This document shows, one piece after another, positions 29,614-39,897 of a stretch of DNA of 64,000 bases. The notes below the pieces were generated by a model, which worked only from the letters and a program-made list of their open reading frames with translations, was not told where the DNA came from and did no database searches. The number at the start of each line of letters is the position of its first letter. Position 1 is the stretch's first letter. Where the stretch lies: NCBI GenBank assembly GCA_034190085.1, contig JAXHTS010000081.1, positions 2,541 through 66,540 on the forward strand. Reading direction: 5' to 3'. Origin of the DNA: Spirochaetota bacterium (lineage in GTDB: Bacteria; Spirochaetota; UBA4802; JAFGDQ01). The position numbers were made by a program, and so were the translations under genes.

Positions 29614-30194
29614 TTTCTATATAACCCTCTCTTTACAATGTATTCCTCAACCTTTGGAGGAACTAGATACCTAATGGATTTACCTTCTCTGATCCTCTTC
29701 CGTATATCTGATGAACTTATCTCTATGTAGGGATTATTAGAGATCATCACGTTCCCGGCAATGTTGTATATTGATTCTTTATTGTAAGTGAAGCCTGGTC
29801 TTTTCATTATAATCAACTCTACCATTTGCATAACTTTTTGGTAATCCTTCCAGGTATCTATCTGTTCAAAGGCATCACTCCCAATAATTAAATACAATCT
29901 ATCATCTTTATATTTTTTCATTAATTGTTTTAATGTTGTTATTGTGTAGGATTTGCTTTTTCTATCAATTTCCATTCGAGAGACATCAAACCCACAGGTG
30001 TCTTCAATTGACAATCTTACCATTTCAAATCTATCATCTGTAGATGTGATGTTTTCAAGTGACTTATGAACAGGATCTTTTGTAGGTAGAAAAATAATTT
30101 TATTTAGGTAATGTTCCTCTTTTATAGCCTGTGCATTGATAAGATGTCCATTATGGATTGGGTTGAACGTCCCGCCAAAGATTCCTAACTTCAA
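29610..30194 (-). CDS. nadD: nicotinate-nucleotide adenylyltransferase
   Basis: MKLGIFGGTFNPIHNGHL (HxGH nucleotidyltransferase motif); 194 aa. Confidence 0.9.
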   Translation of the reverse strand: MKLGIFGGTFNPIHNGHLINAQAIKEEHYLNKIIFLPTKDPVHKSLENITSTDDRFEMVRLSIEDTCGFDVSRMEIDRKSKSYTITTLKQLMKKYKDDRLYLIIGSDAFEQIDTWKDYQKVMQMVELIIMKRPGFTYNKESIYNIAGNVMISNNPYIEISSSDIRKRIREGKSIRYLVPPKVEEYIVKRGLYRN

Positions 30195-30320
30195 TGTCTC
30201 ACCTGAAAAACTTTGATATGCAAAATAATAGAATGAATATCATGATTGGTCAAAGAGTTTTGACATCTCTTATATAGTGAGAAGTAAGAGTCAAAATGCT
30301 TTCTTTGTAGAATGATAGGC

Positions 30321-30372
30321 CAATTTCAATTTGAATCTATGAATTTCTAAGCATAGATTCAAATTGAAATTG
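30321..30372. repeat. perfect 21-bp inverted repeat (hairpin, 10-nt loop) overlapping the 3' end of the TPR gene
   Basis: caatttcaatttgaatctatg / catagattcaaattgaaattg seen directly. No U-tract follows on the transcribed strand, so it is not a canonical intrinsic terminator. Confidence 0.6.
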
Positions 30373-30904
30373 CCATGCTCATAATGATATCATCTCTTAA
30401 TTCTATAGCCTGATCATTAGAGGGATATATATCAAGCAGATTAAGACAAGCAATATAGGCCATATATAGATCTCCCTGGTCATAATAGAGATTGATTATA
30501 TTAAGATGGGTTTCGAGAATAAAGGGATCCGTCTTTAATGACCTAAAATAAAAGTGAATTGCGCTGTCATAATCTCCCTCTTCCCAAAAGATCCCAGCAA
30601 GATTGGCCAGGGTAATGGCGTCTTCAGGATATAAATCTAATGCCTTCTTGAAAAAACGTTTTGAATAACTCGACCTACCTAATTCAAAGAGTGATATTCC
30701 AAGGCCATTTATTATGTCCAGATTGGATTTGTCCAGTCTAAAACCCAGGCTAAATAGGTTGAATGACTTTTTATAATCCTCTTGTTCTATATATTCATAA
30801 CCCAAATCAATTAAACTTTCTAATTCCTGGCTTAATTCATTAAAATCTTTTTTAGGAAAGATACTCTTTAGTTTTTCTTGATTCTTTTTGTCCATGGATG
30901 TCAT
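30359..30904 (-). CDS. TPR-repeat protein
   Basis: Repeated 34-aa helical hairpin pattern with W/LG/Y, A, F/Y, A, P positions. Confidence 0.7.
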   Translation of the reverse strand: MTSMDKKNQEKLKSIFPKKDFNELSQELESLIDLGYEYIEQEDYKKSFNLFSLGFRLDKSNLDIINGLGISLFELGRSSYSKRFFKKALDLYPEDAITLANLAGIFWEEGDYDSAIHFYFRSLKTDPFILETHLNIINLYYDQGDLYMAYIACLNLLDIYPSNDQAIELRDDIIMSMAISI

Positions 30905-31512
30905 ATCTTATTGTGTCATCATTAGCGAAAAAAAACCTCTCTCTTTGACTGTTCATTCTATATTATAAAAACATATATGCAATTGCTTAATAAAAACATG
31001 ACCAGATAATATAAAGTGTTCATCCTTATGGAATTATGAAGAATATGTACCTGGATTTCATAAATTTCAATGTGTATAATATCAATTTGTTAATGGATGA
31101 TTCCCTTTCGTTTGATGATATATAGTTGAATGATTCTTTTTCAACAATTGATAAGTTAGTAAACTATTGATTAAAATGGTTGTAATTGTCAATATTTTTA
31201 TATTATTAATTCTTAGAATCCATTTCAGCAAAGGAAGTCTTAAATTTGCTTGTTATACCTTTTGGGGAATTTTTATGAATAATATTCTTCTTGGCAAAGA
31301 TCAATTAAAATTGAAAATCTGAATGGCATGAATGAGTGCATATCGTTTTAAATGTATTATGCAATAAAATATAGTTTTCAAAAAATTGAAAAATTATCAG
31401 TAGCTTTGATTCCCTAAAATATGATTGACATTTCTCAATCAGCACTATATTCGTACTCTATTCAATAAAAGATATATGGTTTTAAATAATAATTATTTCG
31501 GAGGATATCTAC

Positions 31513-32904
31513 ATGAAAAGAATTTTTTTTGGATTATTGATTCTTTTTGTTGCCTTAAGCGCAGGGTGTAAAGGTGAGGGTGATGTTTTAGCTACCTATA
31601 AAGGCGGGGGTATCACTAGAGGTGAATTCTATGATTGGATTAAATCAAATCATTATGCAATGGATTCAATAATAAAGAGTAAGAAAAGGCAAAAGAATCG
31701 ATTAAGGATGATGATGATTGAGCGATTAACTGTAGAAAAGGCGAAAGGGGAAGGATTTGACAAGAGTGATGATTTTAAGGGAATTCATGATCGGATAACA
31801 GAATCTCAATTGATGAGTATTCTATACAAAAAGGAAATAAGAGAGAAAGCAAAATTTCAAGAGCCTGCAATAAGGGTAAGCCATATTTTGTTTAGAGTGA
31901 AAGAATATAAGGCAGAGAAGAATAAGCGGAAAAAGTTTGTTAAGGATGCTATTGATAAAACATTTGATAAGAAGATGGGGGAGGCTAAGGGGATAATTGA
32001 AAGGCTGAATAAGGGCGAAAGTTTTGAGGAGATAGCCAAAAAGCAATCGGATGATTTTTCAAAAAAGAAGGGTGGAGATATCGGATACATCACTCATGAT
32101 ATGATGCCTGCTGAATATTCAGAGATAGCCTTTTCATTAGATAAGGGAGAATATACAAAAGATCCGGTAAGAACAGCTAAGGGTGTTTATATAATTAAAG
32201 TTACAGATAAGAAGGAATTAACAGAGAAGAATATTGAGAATGTAATAGAGGATAAGGCTCAGGCTAAGAGAATAAAGGCAAGACTACAGAGAAAATACGC
32301 AAAGGACTATATTGATAGATTAACAGATGCCGATGATGTTGAAGAGCATTTTGACAAGGCGACAAGCAAAAAGAAAGAGGATGTAATATTCAAGGTCGGA
32401 GATAGGGTTTTTACTGTTTTGGACCTGAATAATCGCATTGAGAGAACCATGAGAAGGAGTACTGGTGGTCAGAAAAAATTGCCAGAGATTTCGGATAAAC
32501 AGAGGGAGGGATTAGCAAGAAGCATGTTTAAATTTGAAATCCTAAAGCGGGTTGCTCAAGAGAAGGGTATTGAGGGGGAGCCTGAATACAAAAAGGATAT
32601 TGATTCCAAATTGAATGCAGCCTTAGCAAGGGAATTCACAAAGAAGATTGGCTCATCAAATATTGCTGTGACAAGGGATGAGATGCTACAGGAGTATAAA
32701 AAGAATAAAGATAAAAGATATTATAAAATGGTAATGAAAAAAAAGAAGAGGGTGAAGGTTGTTGAGCCATTTGAGAAGGTAAAGGATAAAATTGAAAGAG
32801 TGCTTGTCAATAAAAAGCGTCGAGATTTTATGAAGCATTGGAAAGATGATTTATTGAAGGAGTATGAGTTTGCTATAGTAGAATCGAAACTGGAGGGCGA
32901 ATAG
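31513..32904 (+). CDS. parvulin-type peptidyl-prolyl cis-trans isomerase lipoprotein (PrsA/SurA-like chaperone)
   Basis: Lipoprotein signal (LSAGC). Central parvulin domain: IRVSHILFRV...GGDIGYITHDMMPAEYSEIAFSL...GVYIIKV. Confidence 0.7.
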   Translation: MKRIFFGLLILFVALSAGCKGEGDVLATYKGGGITRGEFYDWIKSNHYAMDSIIKSKKRQKNRLRMMMIERLTVEKAKGEGFDKSDDFKGIHDRITESQLMSILYKKEIREKAKFQEPAIRVSHILFRVKEYKAEKNKRKKFVKDAIDKTFDKKMGEAKGIIERLNKGESFEEIAKKQSDDFSKKKGGDIGYITHDMMPAEYSEIAFSLDKGEYTKDPVRTAKGVYIIKVTDKKELTEKNIENVIEDKAQAKRIKARLQRKYAKDYIDRLTDADDVEEHFDKATSKKKEDVIFKVGDRVFTVLDLNNRIERTMRRSTGGQKKLPEISDKQREGLARSMFKFEILKRVAQEKGIEGEPEYKKDIDSKLNAALAREFTKKIGSSNIAVTRDEMLQEYKKNKDKRYYKMVMKKKKRVKVVEPFEKVKDKIERVLVNKKRRDFMKHWKDDLLKEYEFAIVESKLEGE

Positions 32905-33043
32905 GCTAATCCTTTATAGATAATAACAAGTCTTTTAATTGGTTTCCTCCCCAATGAATGTGAGGTTGGGGAGGAGTTTATACAATTACTCATATTATCG
33001 ATTATTGAAACAATATTTGAAGAGAGGTCTCTTTTAATATAAA

Positions 33044-33295
33044 TCAATTTATTGCATTTGTCTTGGATTGGTAGGTCTCGTTTGGTATGATTGTGTGTTC
33101 CCCATCAATTGAGATAGCCTCAAAATTATCTACAATTAATCCAAGTTCTTTAGCAGAATCAATATAGAATAAAAGAACATTCTTAATCCTCCCAAGGGCT
33201 TTTTCCTTTGTTGGCCCATAACAATTGATATCTAACTCTTGACATGTGGCGATGAATTCATTTCCTGCTTCGATCAATTTTACAGATAATTTCAT
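33044..33295 (-). CDS. HicB-like / UPF0150-type antitoxin-fold small protein (orphan)
   Basis: 83 aa; the FIATCQELDINCYGPTKEKALGRIKNVL pattern resembles the HicB N-terminal domain. No HicA partner is visible. Confidence 0.4.
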   Translation of the reverse strand: MKLSVKLIEAGNEFIATCQELDINCYGPTKEKALGRIKNVLLFYIDSAKELGLIVDNFEAISIDGEHTIIPNETYQSKTNAIN

Positions 33296-33803
33296 ATTAT
33301 TTCCTAATATTACGGTTTGTGATGGAAGATATAGAGATTTGTATCTATCTATTTTTATTGCTAATAATTATATCGACTTGGATCAAAAGTTGCTTAACAG
33401 ATTTAATATCTTTTATCCCAAATGTGCATAGAGGCTTTTTGTCTTAGTATGTCATTTGGGGTAGGAATATAGGATTATTTACAAGTATTGAGATTGTATA
33501 TATATTAAAGCGAGTGTAGAATCCCTTCAAAATATTGGAGATGAAAATTTTTTGCAATTTTAATAATTATTTGTTGACTTGGAGCTACCACTTCACCTAT
33601 TAGGTGTATATTGTTCATCATCACGAAGATGGCAACATTGTTAATGATTATTCAAATTTTACCATAATTGTAGTGATGAGAGACTTCGGTCTTTGACCTT
33701 TTATTCACAATGATTTGATATGATATTCAGGATATTTTAAGTGGTTTAATTGAGTTAGCCTATTTCAATTTATCATAATTAGCCGCTTTATGGAGAGATA
33801 ATT

Positions 33804-35303
33804 ATGGAGACAATTCATTCTGCGACTCCACTATTCGCGCAACTAACTTCTCTGATTGGTGCATTCCTGGTTTTGTTTACAGGTGAGAAGAGACCTAATC
33901 TCCGTGAAACTTGGACTATTATAGCTTCTGTAGTTAAATTTGTGCTTTTGTTTTCAATAATATCTCATGTCATCGATGGTAACATTATTGAATTCACGCT
34001 AGTGGAGGTCTGTAAAGGGGTATCCCTTCAGTTTAGGATAGATGCTTTTGGGGCTATATTTGCTTTGCTCGCTTCCTTTCTATGGATTGTGGTTTCGATT
34101 TACTCTATTGGATACATGCGGGGATTGAAGGAGCATGCTCAAACTCGTTTTTATTTTTGTTTTGCTCTTGCAATTTTTAGCGCAACTGGCATAGCTATGG
34201 CAGGAAATCTATTAACCCTTTATATGTTTTATGAGATATTGACTGTCGCCACATTCTTGCTTGTAGCTCATAAGGAGACACCGGACGCGATCAAGTCTGG
34301 TAGAAAGTACCTTACTTACTTATTGTCAGGTGCGGCTTTAGTTCTTTTTTCCATGGGAATGACCTACCATCTTACAGGAACTCTAGATTTTATTCCAGGT
34401 GGATTTATTGGTGGGCATGGGTCTAATGCCCTTTTGAGTCTGGTCTTTGTATTGTTTATCATTGGATTTGGCACCAAGGCTGCCATAATGCCTTTTCATG
34501 AATGGCTTCCTTCGGCAATGGTGGCGCCTACCCCTGTAAGCGCATTGCTTCACGCTGTTGCAGTTGTAAAGGCTGGGGTTTTCTGCTGTCTTAGAATAAT
34601 CCTTTATGTTTATGGGCCGGATTTGCTGACAGACTTAGGACTATGGACAATATTAGCTATCTTTGTTTCTATTACTGTGATTGTTGCCAACTTCTTTGCT
34701 TTAACACAGGATCATTTGAAAAGGAGGTTGGCTTTTTCAACAATCAATAATCTTTCTTTAATTATTTTAGGCGCTGCTTTGATCTCTTCTGATGGGATCA
34801 AAGGGGCAATGCTTCATATCCCATTTCATGGATTTATGAAAATTACACTATTTATGTGTGCCGGAGCGATTCTTGTTAAAACACATAAAGAGAATATCAG
34901 TGAAATTGATGGCATAGGGAGGCAGATGCCCATAACAATGGCCGCTTTTACTATCGGCGCGGCAGGTCTGACAGGGCTGCCGCCTGTATGTGGATTGATT
35001 AGCAAGTGGTATCTATGCCTTGGGGCTTTGCAAGCCAATGCGATAATATTTTTATGTGTATTCCTCTTGAGTGCGATACTGGACGCGGCTTACTTCTTTC
35101 CTATAGTGTACAGTGCCTTTTTTAAGAAAGCTGCAAATGATATTAAATCGCATTTTGATGAGGCGCCTATATTTGCTGTGACTGCTATTGTGATTACAGC
35201 GGTTTTCTCGGTGCTTCTATTCCTGTTCCCTGATTTGATATTCAATTTTTACTCAATAGTTGGATTGGCAGTTGAATCCATAGTTTCTGGAGGAGGATTG
35301 TGA
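33804..35303 (+). CDS. Mrp/NuoN-family antiporter-like large subunit (MrpD-like, paralog 1)
   Basis: 499 aa, ~14 TM helices, conserved HAxxKAxxF/charged-Lys TM blocks of the NuoL/M/N-MrpA/D family. Confidence 0.8.
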   Translation: METIHSATPLFAQLTSLIGAFLVLFTGEKRPNLRETWTIIASVVKFVLLFSIISHVIDGNIIEFTLVEVCKGVSLQFRIDAFGAIFALLASFLWIVVSIYSIGYMRGLKEHAQTRFYFCFALAIFSATGIAMAGNLLTLYMFYEILTVATFLLVAHKETPDAIKSGRKYLTYLLSGAALVLFSMGMTYHLTGTLDFIPGGFIGGHGSNALLSLVFVLFIIGFGTKAAIMPFHEWLPSAMVAPTPVSALLHAVAVVKAGVFCCLRIILYVYGPDLLTDLGLWTILAIFVSITVIVANFFALTQDHLKRRLAFSTINNLSLIILGAALISSDGIKGAMLHIPFHGFMKITLFMCAGAILVKTHKENISEIDGIGRQMPITMAAFTIGAAGLTGLPPVCGLISKWYLCLGALQANAIIFLCVFLLSAILDAAYFFPIVYSAFFKKAANDIKSHFDEAPIFAVTAIVITAVFSVLLFLFPDLIFNFYSIVGLAVESIVSGGGL

Positions 35304-35518
35304 TGTTTAAGCTATTTAAATGGATATTTTATCTTTCAATTGCTATATGCTGCCTTTTGGGTTTTTATTTTCGTGCAGAACATCCCCACTTTTTTTGGCA
35401 GAAAATACCTGTCTACGATGCGGTTATGGGATTTGTTGGTTGTATAATAATTGTCATAGTGTCAAAAGCACTAGGTCACAACTGGTTACAGAAAGAGGAA
35501 GACTATTATGATAAATAA
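35300..35518 (+). CDS. small 2-TM membrane protein
   Basis: GGAGGAGGA RBS 4-7 nt upstream of the GTG/ATG start at 35300/35303; two hydrophobic helices. The overlapping 35320-35511 frame is rejected. Confidence 0.45.
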   Translation: MMFKLFKWIFYLSIAICCLLGFYFRAEHPHFFWQKIPVYDAVMGFVGCIIIVIVSKALGHNWLQKEEDYYDK

Positions 35519-37259
35519 TAACCTAGTACATCCAGCTCTAATATTTATTATTGGGGCTATTCTGCTTCCATTTCTTAAATGGAGAATCCTTAAGCAGTTG
35601 ATTGTGTTGCTTATTCCTGCTTTTGCTTTTATGATGATCTATCATATGCCAGAGGGTGTGTATTGGTGCTTTGATTTTTTAAACTATACCCTTGTATTTG
35701 GCAGGGTTGATAAACTTAGTCTCGTCTTTGGGTATATATTTGTGATTATGGCCTTTTTGGGTATGGTATATGCCATCAAGATTGAAGAATATGGTCAACA
35801 TGTAGCCGCATTAACATATATCGGAGGCACTTTAGGGGTAGTGTTCGCTGGTGATTTCTTCACTCTCTTTGTTTTTTGGGAATTGATGGCAATATCATCG
35901 GTTTTCTTGGTATGGTATGCTCGAAATGAGAGAGCATTAAAGGCTGGTTTTAGGTATTTGATGGTCCATCTTGTCGGGGGATGTGTTCTTCTTGCAGGTA
36001 TAATCATCGTAGTATCGGATACAGGCACAATTGCCTTTAGTAACATCGAGTTCGAGGGCTTAGGCCCAATACTCATACTTATCGGATTTATATTAAATGC
36101 AGCGGTACCTCCTCTTAGTGCATGGTTACCGGATGCATATCCAGAAGCTACTGTCACAGGCAGTGTATTCATGACGGCCTTCACAACCAAGAGCGCTGTC
36201 TATATTTTAGCTAGGACATTCCCTGGGGTTGAGATACTGGTTTGGTTAGGAGCCATTATGGCCCTTTATGGTGTTGTGTTTGCTGTTCTTGAAAACGATA
36301 TCAGAAGGTTGTTGGCATACCATATTATTAGCCAGGTGGGCTATATGGTGTGTGGTGTAGGTTTAGGTAGTGAGATGGCCATTAATGGTGCAAGTGCGCA
36401 TGCCTTTTGCCATATCTTATATAAGGCTCTCCTCTTTATGGGAGCTGGAGCTGTAATTCATGTAACAGGTAAGAATAAGATGACCGAACTTCAGGGAAGG
36501 GGTCTGTATAAGAGTATGCCGATTACCTTGACCCTCTATATGGTAGGTGCATTTTCAATCTCCGCTGTTCCCTTGTTTAATGGATTTATTAGTAAAACCA
36601 TGGTAGTAGCTGCGGCTGGCGAGTTGCACAGACCAGCTATTGAGTTGATGCTTCATCTCGCATCCGTCGGAACATTTCTTCATACAGGACTAAAGCTACC
36701 GTGGGGTACTTGGTTCGGGAAATCTGATAAGCCTGTAGGTGAGCTTAAGGCTGAAGAGCCTCCATTTAATATGCTCTTAGCAATGGGGATTGCTGCATTC
36801 CTATGTGTTTTAACCGGGATTTATCCAAGTGTGCTCTATAATATTTTGCCTTATGAGGTAACTTACCATCCCTACACCGCCTATCACGTGGTTGGAATGC
36901 TTCAGCTTTTGGTTTTAACTGGTGCTGCATTTTGGCTAATGATTGACAAATTGGGCGGAGAGCCTACGGTGAGCATGGATACAGATTGGTTTTATCGCAA
37001 GGGTGGTGAACAATTTATGCGGTTCTGCGAGGGGTTGAGCCTGTTCAGGATCGTTGTTCAAGAGTATGCTAAGCGTTTGGTAAACAGTGCAATTAAACTG
37101 AGTTATAATCCAATATATTATACAAGGTTGATATTCAATAAGAGTGAAACCGAAGTAGTTCATTTTGATGCGAATATCTATCGTAATGCCGTAGGGATCG
37201 GCGTTATGGTTTCACTGGCCCTGTTTTCACTATTCAGTATCATCTTTCTGGTGAGTTAA
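35508..37259 (+). CDS. Mrp/NuoL-family antiporter-like large subunit (MrpA/D-like, paralog 2)
   Basis: 583 aa; GASAHAFCHILYKALLFMGAGAVIH block typical of NuoL/MrpA/MrpD. Confidence 0.8.
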   Translation: MINNNLVHPALIFIIGAILLPFLKWRILKQLIVLLIPAFAFMMIYHMPEGVYWCFDFLNYTLVFGRVDKLSLVFGYIFVIMAFLGMVYAIKIEEYGQHVAALTYIGGTLGVVFAGDFFTLFVFWELMAISSVFLVWYARNERALKAGFRYLMVHLVGGCVLLAGIIIVVSDTGTIAFSNIEFEGLGPILILIGFILNAAVPPLSAWLPDAYPEATVTGSVFMTAFTTKSAVYILARTFPGVEILVWLGAIMALYGVVFAVLENDIRRLLAYHIISQVGYMVCGVGLGSEMAINGASAHAFCHILYKALLFMGAGAVIHVTGKNKMTELQGRGLYKSMPITLTLYMVGAFSISAVPLFNGFISKTMVVAAAGELHRPAIELMLHLASVGTFLHTGLKLPWGTWFGKSDKPVGELKAEEPPFNMLLAMGIAAFLCVLTGIYPSVLYNILPYEVTYHPYTAYHVVGMLQLLVLTGAAFWLMIDKLGGEPTVSMDTDWFYRKGGEQFMRFCEGLSLFRIVVQEYAKRLVNSAIKLSYNPIYYTRLIFNKSETEVVHFDANIYRNAVGIGVMVSLALFSLFSIIFLVS

Positions 37260-37436
37260 GTGAAGTCGTTATGGTGTTCGGAGGTCATGATGGAAGGATT
37301 ATATTATTATTACTACAATGAAATGTTTTGCTTGACCTTTCCCAATTGTTTAAATAGAGCTGCAAAAGAAGTAATAGTGTTTATATAGGTCTATGGGCTT
37401 GTATAGCGTTAAGATTTTATAAGATAAGGAAGTAAG

Positions 37437-37919
37437 ATGGCATTTACAGTTACGTTTATAATTTTATTGATTTTTTGGATATTAGTATCTGGTTTATTTG
37501 ACTACTGGCATTTTACGTTGGGAATAATATCATGTGCGTTGGTTGCATATATGTCAAGCAGTGTATTGTTTAAGAATAATAAAGTAAGGGGAAAGTCCTT
37601 CACGGAAGTATTACGATTATTAACATATTTGCCTTGGCTCTTGTACCAGATAATTTTGGCGAATCTACAAATTGCCTATTTAGCATTGCACCCAAGGATG
37701 CGGGAGCTTATAGACCCACACATAATAAAGTTTAGAACGAAACTTAAAAAAGATTTATCCCTTGTACTCTTTGCCAATTCGATAACACTAACTCCTGGTA
37801 CAATTACAGTACTTATTGAGGATGATCAATATTATGTTCATGCCATAAACAAATCTATTGCTGCAGATTTGCCAGGCAAGATGGAAGAAAAGGTAGCTCA
37901 GGTATTTTTGGAGGATTAG
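37437..37919 (+). CDS. mrpE: Na+/H+ antiporter subunit E (MrpE/MnhE; MbhA-like)
   Basis: 160 aa; LTPGTITVLIEDD motif. Confidence 0.75.
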   Translation: MAFTVTFIILLIFWILVSGLFDYWHFTLGIISCALVAYMSSSVLFKNNKVRGKSFTEVLRLLTYLPWLLYQIILANLQIAYLALHPRMRELIDPHIIKFRTKLKKDLSLVLFANSITLTPGTITVLIEDDQYYVHAINKSIAADLPGKMEEKVAQVFLED

Positions 37920-38186
37920 ATGGAGAATTTCTCTTTAATTATTGCGTTAGCAATAGGTTTTTTAATGATGTTAAGTATATACAGGGCGGTTTTTGGGCCT
38001 ACCATATTTGACAGAATAATCGGTTCCGGATTCATTGGCACCAAGACTATCATCCTTCTTGTTCTTATTGGATTTATCTATAATAGAATAGATATGTTTA
38101 TTGATTTAGCCATAGTATACTCAATCTTAAGCTTTACTGGAACCTTGTTATTTGCCAAGTACTTTGTGAGAAAAGGAGACAAGTAG
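37920..38186 (+). CDS. mrpF: antiporter subunit F (MrpF/MnhF; MbhB-like)
   Basis: 88-aa 3-TM protein immediately following mrpE (adjacent coordinates). Confidence 0.7.
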   Translation: MENFSLIIALAIGFLMMLSIYRAVFGPTIFDRIIGSGFIGTKTIILLVLIGFIYNRIDMFIDLAIVYSILSFTGTLLFAKYFVRKGDK

Positions 38187-38540
38187 ATGGTTATAGCGTC
38201 AAAGATTTTGATTGTGTCAGGTCTGTTTTTTCTGACTACTGGTGTAATAGGTTTTTTACGGTTTCCGGATTTTTATAGCAGAATGCACGCAACCGGGAAG
38301 GGGGATACTTTAGGGGCATTGCTTATTCTACTGGGATTTGCCCTGTATAATCTTCATCATGGATTTGTATGGCTTGATATCGTTCAAAGTGTTAAGCTTA
38401 TATTAATAGCAGTCTTCTGGATTATCGCTAGTCCTACGGCCACACATGCTCTGCTTAGATCCACATTCGAGTCAGGTGTTCAGCCGTGGACAAAGGATGG
38501 GAAGACTGTAATAGATTGGCCATTAAAAGAGGAGAAATAA
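38187..38540 (+). CDS. mrpG: antiporter subunit G (MrpG/MnhG; MbhC-like)
   Basis: FYSRMHATGKGDTLGALL motif. Confidence 0.75.
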   Translation: MVIASKILIVSGLFFLTTGVIGFLRFPDFYSRMHATGKGDTLGALLILLGFALYNLHHGFVWLDIVQSVKLILIAVFWIIASPTATHALLRSTFESGVQPWTKDGKTVIDWPLKEEK

Positions 38541-38786
38541 ATGATTTGGCAATTAGATATTATTCTCTTAATATTTGCAGCGATTGTAGCCATTGCTGCC
38601 ATAAATGTTAAAGATTTATTGGCTTCTGTTGCGCTCCTTAGCGCATTCAGCCTTTTCATGTGTCTAATATGGACGGAGATGGGGGCTGTGGATGTGGCAT
38701 TTACTGAAGCTACTGTAGGTGCTGGAGTAAGTACTGCATTTTTTATTGTTGCGGTATATAACACAACTAGGAGGTCAAAAGATTGA
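38541..38786 (+). CDS. MrpB N-terminal-domain protein (DUF4040; MbhD-like)
   Basis: 81-aa 3-TM protein in the position and with the character of MbhD. Confidence 0.55.
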   Translation: MIWQLDIILLIFAAIVAIAAINVKDLLASVALLSAFSLFMCLIWTEMGAVDVAFTEATVGAGVSTAFFIVAVYNTTRRSKD

Positions 38787-39055
38787 GGAAGCTACTATCC
38801 ATCATTATTATTCTTATAGCTGGGGGGGTGCTTGTATACGGAGTAAATGATTTCCCCAAATGGGCAGATCCAGATCAACCAGCCAGTACTCATGTTTCAC
38901 CAAAATATATTGAAGAGATTTATGAGAAGACAGCTGTCCCCAATATGGTAACTGCGGTTCTTGCTGACTATAGAGGCTATGACACCATGTTTGAGACCGC
39001 AGTTATATTTACAGCTGGCATTGCAGTTGTAATGTTATTAAGGAGAAGGTCATAA
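38783..39055 (+). CDS. MrpB/MnhB-like small subunit (MbhE-like)
   Basis: VTAVLADYRGYDTMFE block typical of MnhB. Confidence 0.6.
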   Translation: MRKLLSIIIILIAGGVLVYGVNDFPKWADPDQPASTHVSPKYIEEIYEKTAVPNMVTAVLADYRGYDTMFETAVIFTAGIAVVMLLRRRS

Positions 39056-39056
39056 A

Positions 39057-39515
39057 ATGATTAGAAAATATGATAACATTATAATCCAGACAGTTGGCAG
39101 GATTATGATACCATTTATGCAGGTTTACAGCCTTTATGTGTTGGTTCATGGGCATGGAAGTCCTGGCGGAGGTTTTCAGGGAGGTTGTATCCTGGCTGCA
39201 AGCTTTATCCTAATGGCGGTAGCCTATGATATAGAGGAGATAAACAGACGCTTTAAGGAGAGGAGGGTTCTACTTCTTTGCAGCCTGGGTGTTTTTCTTT
39301 ATGTCGGAACTGGTTTTCTGTGTATGTTTTGTGGTGGTAATTTTTTAGATTATGGCTTTCTTAGTAAGATTTTGCCAACGGATGAGATTATGGCGAGGTA
39401 CTATGGGATGGCGATAATAGAGACTGGTGTACAGATTACGGTTATGGCTGTGATGGTCACTATATTTCTTGATTTAGCAACAAGTGGAAAACATGAGGGT
39501 ATGTTAAAGGAATAG
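39057..39515 (+). CDS. mrpB: MrpB/MnhB subunit (MbhF-like)
   Basis: GHGSPGGGFQGG motif typical of MnhB. Confidence 0.7.
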   Translation: MIRKYDNIIIQTVGRIMIPFMQVYSLYVLVHGHGSPGGGFQGGCILAASFILMAVAYDIEEINRRFKERRVLLLCSLGVFLYVGTGFLCMFCGGNFLDYGFLSKILPTDEIMARYYGMAIIETGVQITVMAVMVTIFLDLATSGKHEGMLKE

Positions 39516-39519
39516 GATT

Positions 39520-39897
39520 ATGGAATATATTATAGGTAAAATTAATTATTGGATCTATATAGTTCTAATACTTACCGGTTTTTTTGCCATGATGGCAAAG
39601 GGCAATCTTATGAAGAAGCTGATTGGTATGAATATCTTTCAATGGTCAATAATTCTCTTTTTTGTCTCCATCGGAGCGAAGAAGGGTGCTACTGTGCCTG
39701 TTCTTGGCGGACATGGCGCTGTGCATGATGTTATTCATGCGGTAGATTACATAAATCCATTGCCCCATGTTCTTATGCTTACTGCTATTGTAGTTGGTGT
39801 GGCAACAACTGGAATTGCATTGACACTGCTAATTGTGCTGTATAAGAAGTATGGTACCTTAGAAGAAAATGAAATAATTGAGGAGTTGAAAAGATGA
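39520..39897 (+). CDS. mrpC: antiporter subunit C (MrpC/MnhC, NuoK-like; MbhG-like)
   Basis: 125-aa 3-TM protein, NuoK-like. Confidence 0.75.
   Translation: MEYIIGKINYWIYIVLILTGFFAMMAKGNLMKKLIGMNIFQWSIILFFVSIGAKKGATVPVLGGHGAVHDVIHAVDYINPLPHVLMLTAIVVGVATTGIALTLLIVLYKKYGTLEENEIIEELKR

Noticed and set aside
35320-35511. Alternative-frame 63-aa ORF overlapping the small membrane protein gene
   Set aside because: The 35300 frame has a perfect GGAGGAGGA RBS and TM-helix composition; the 35320 frame has neither.
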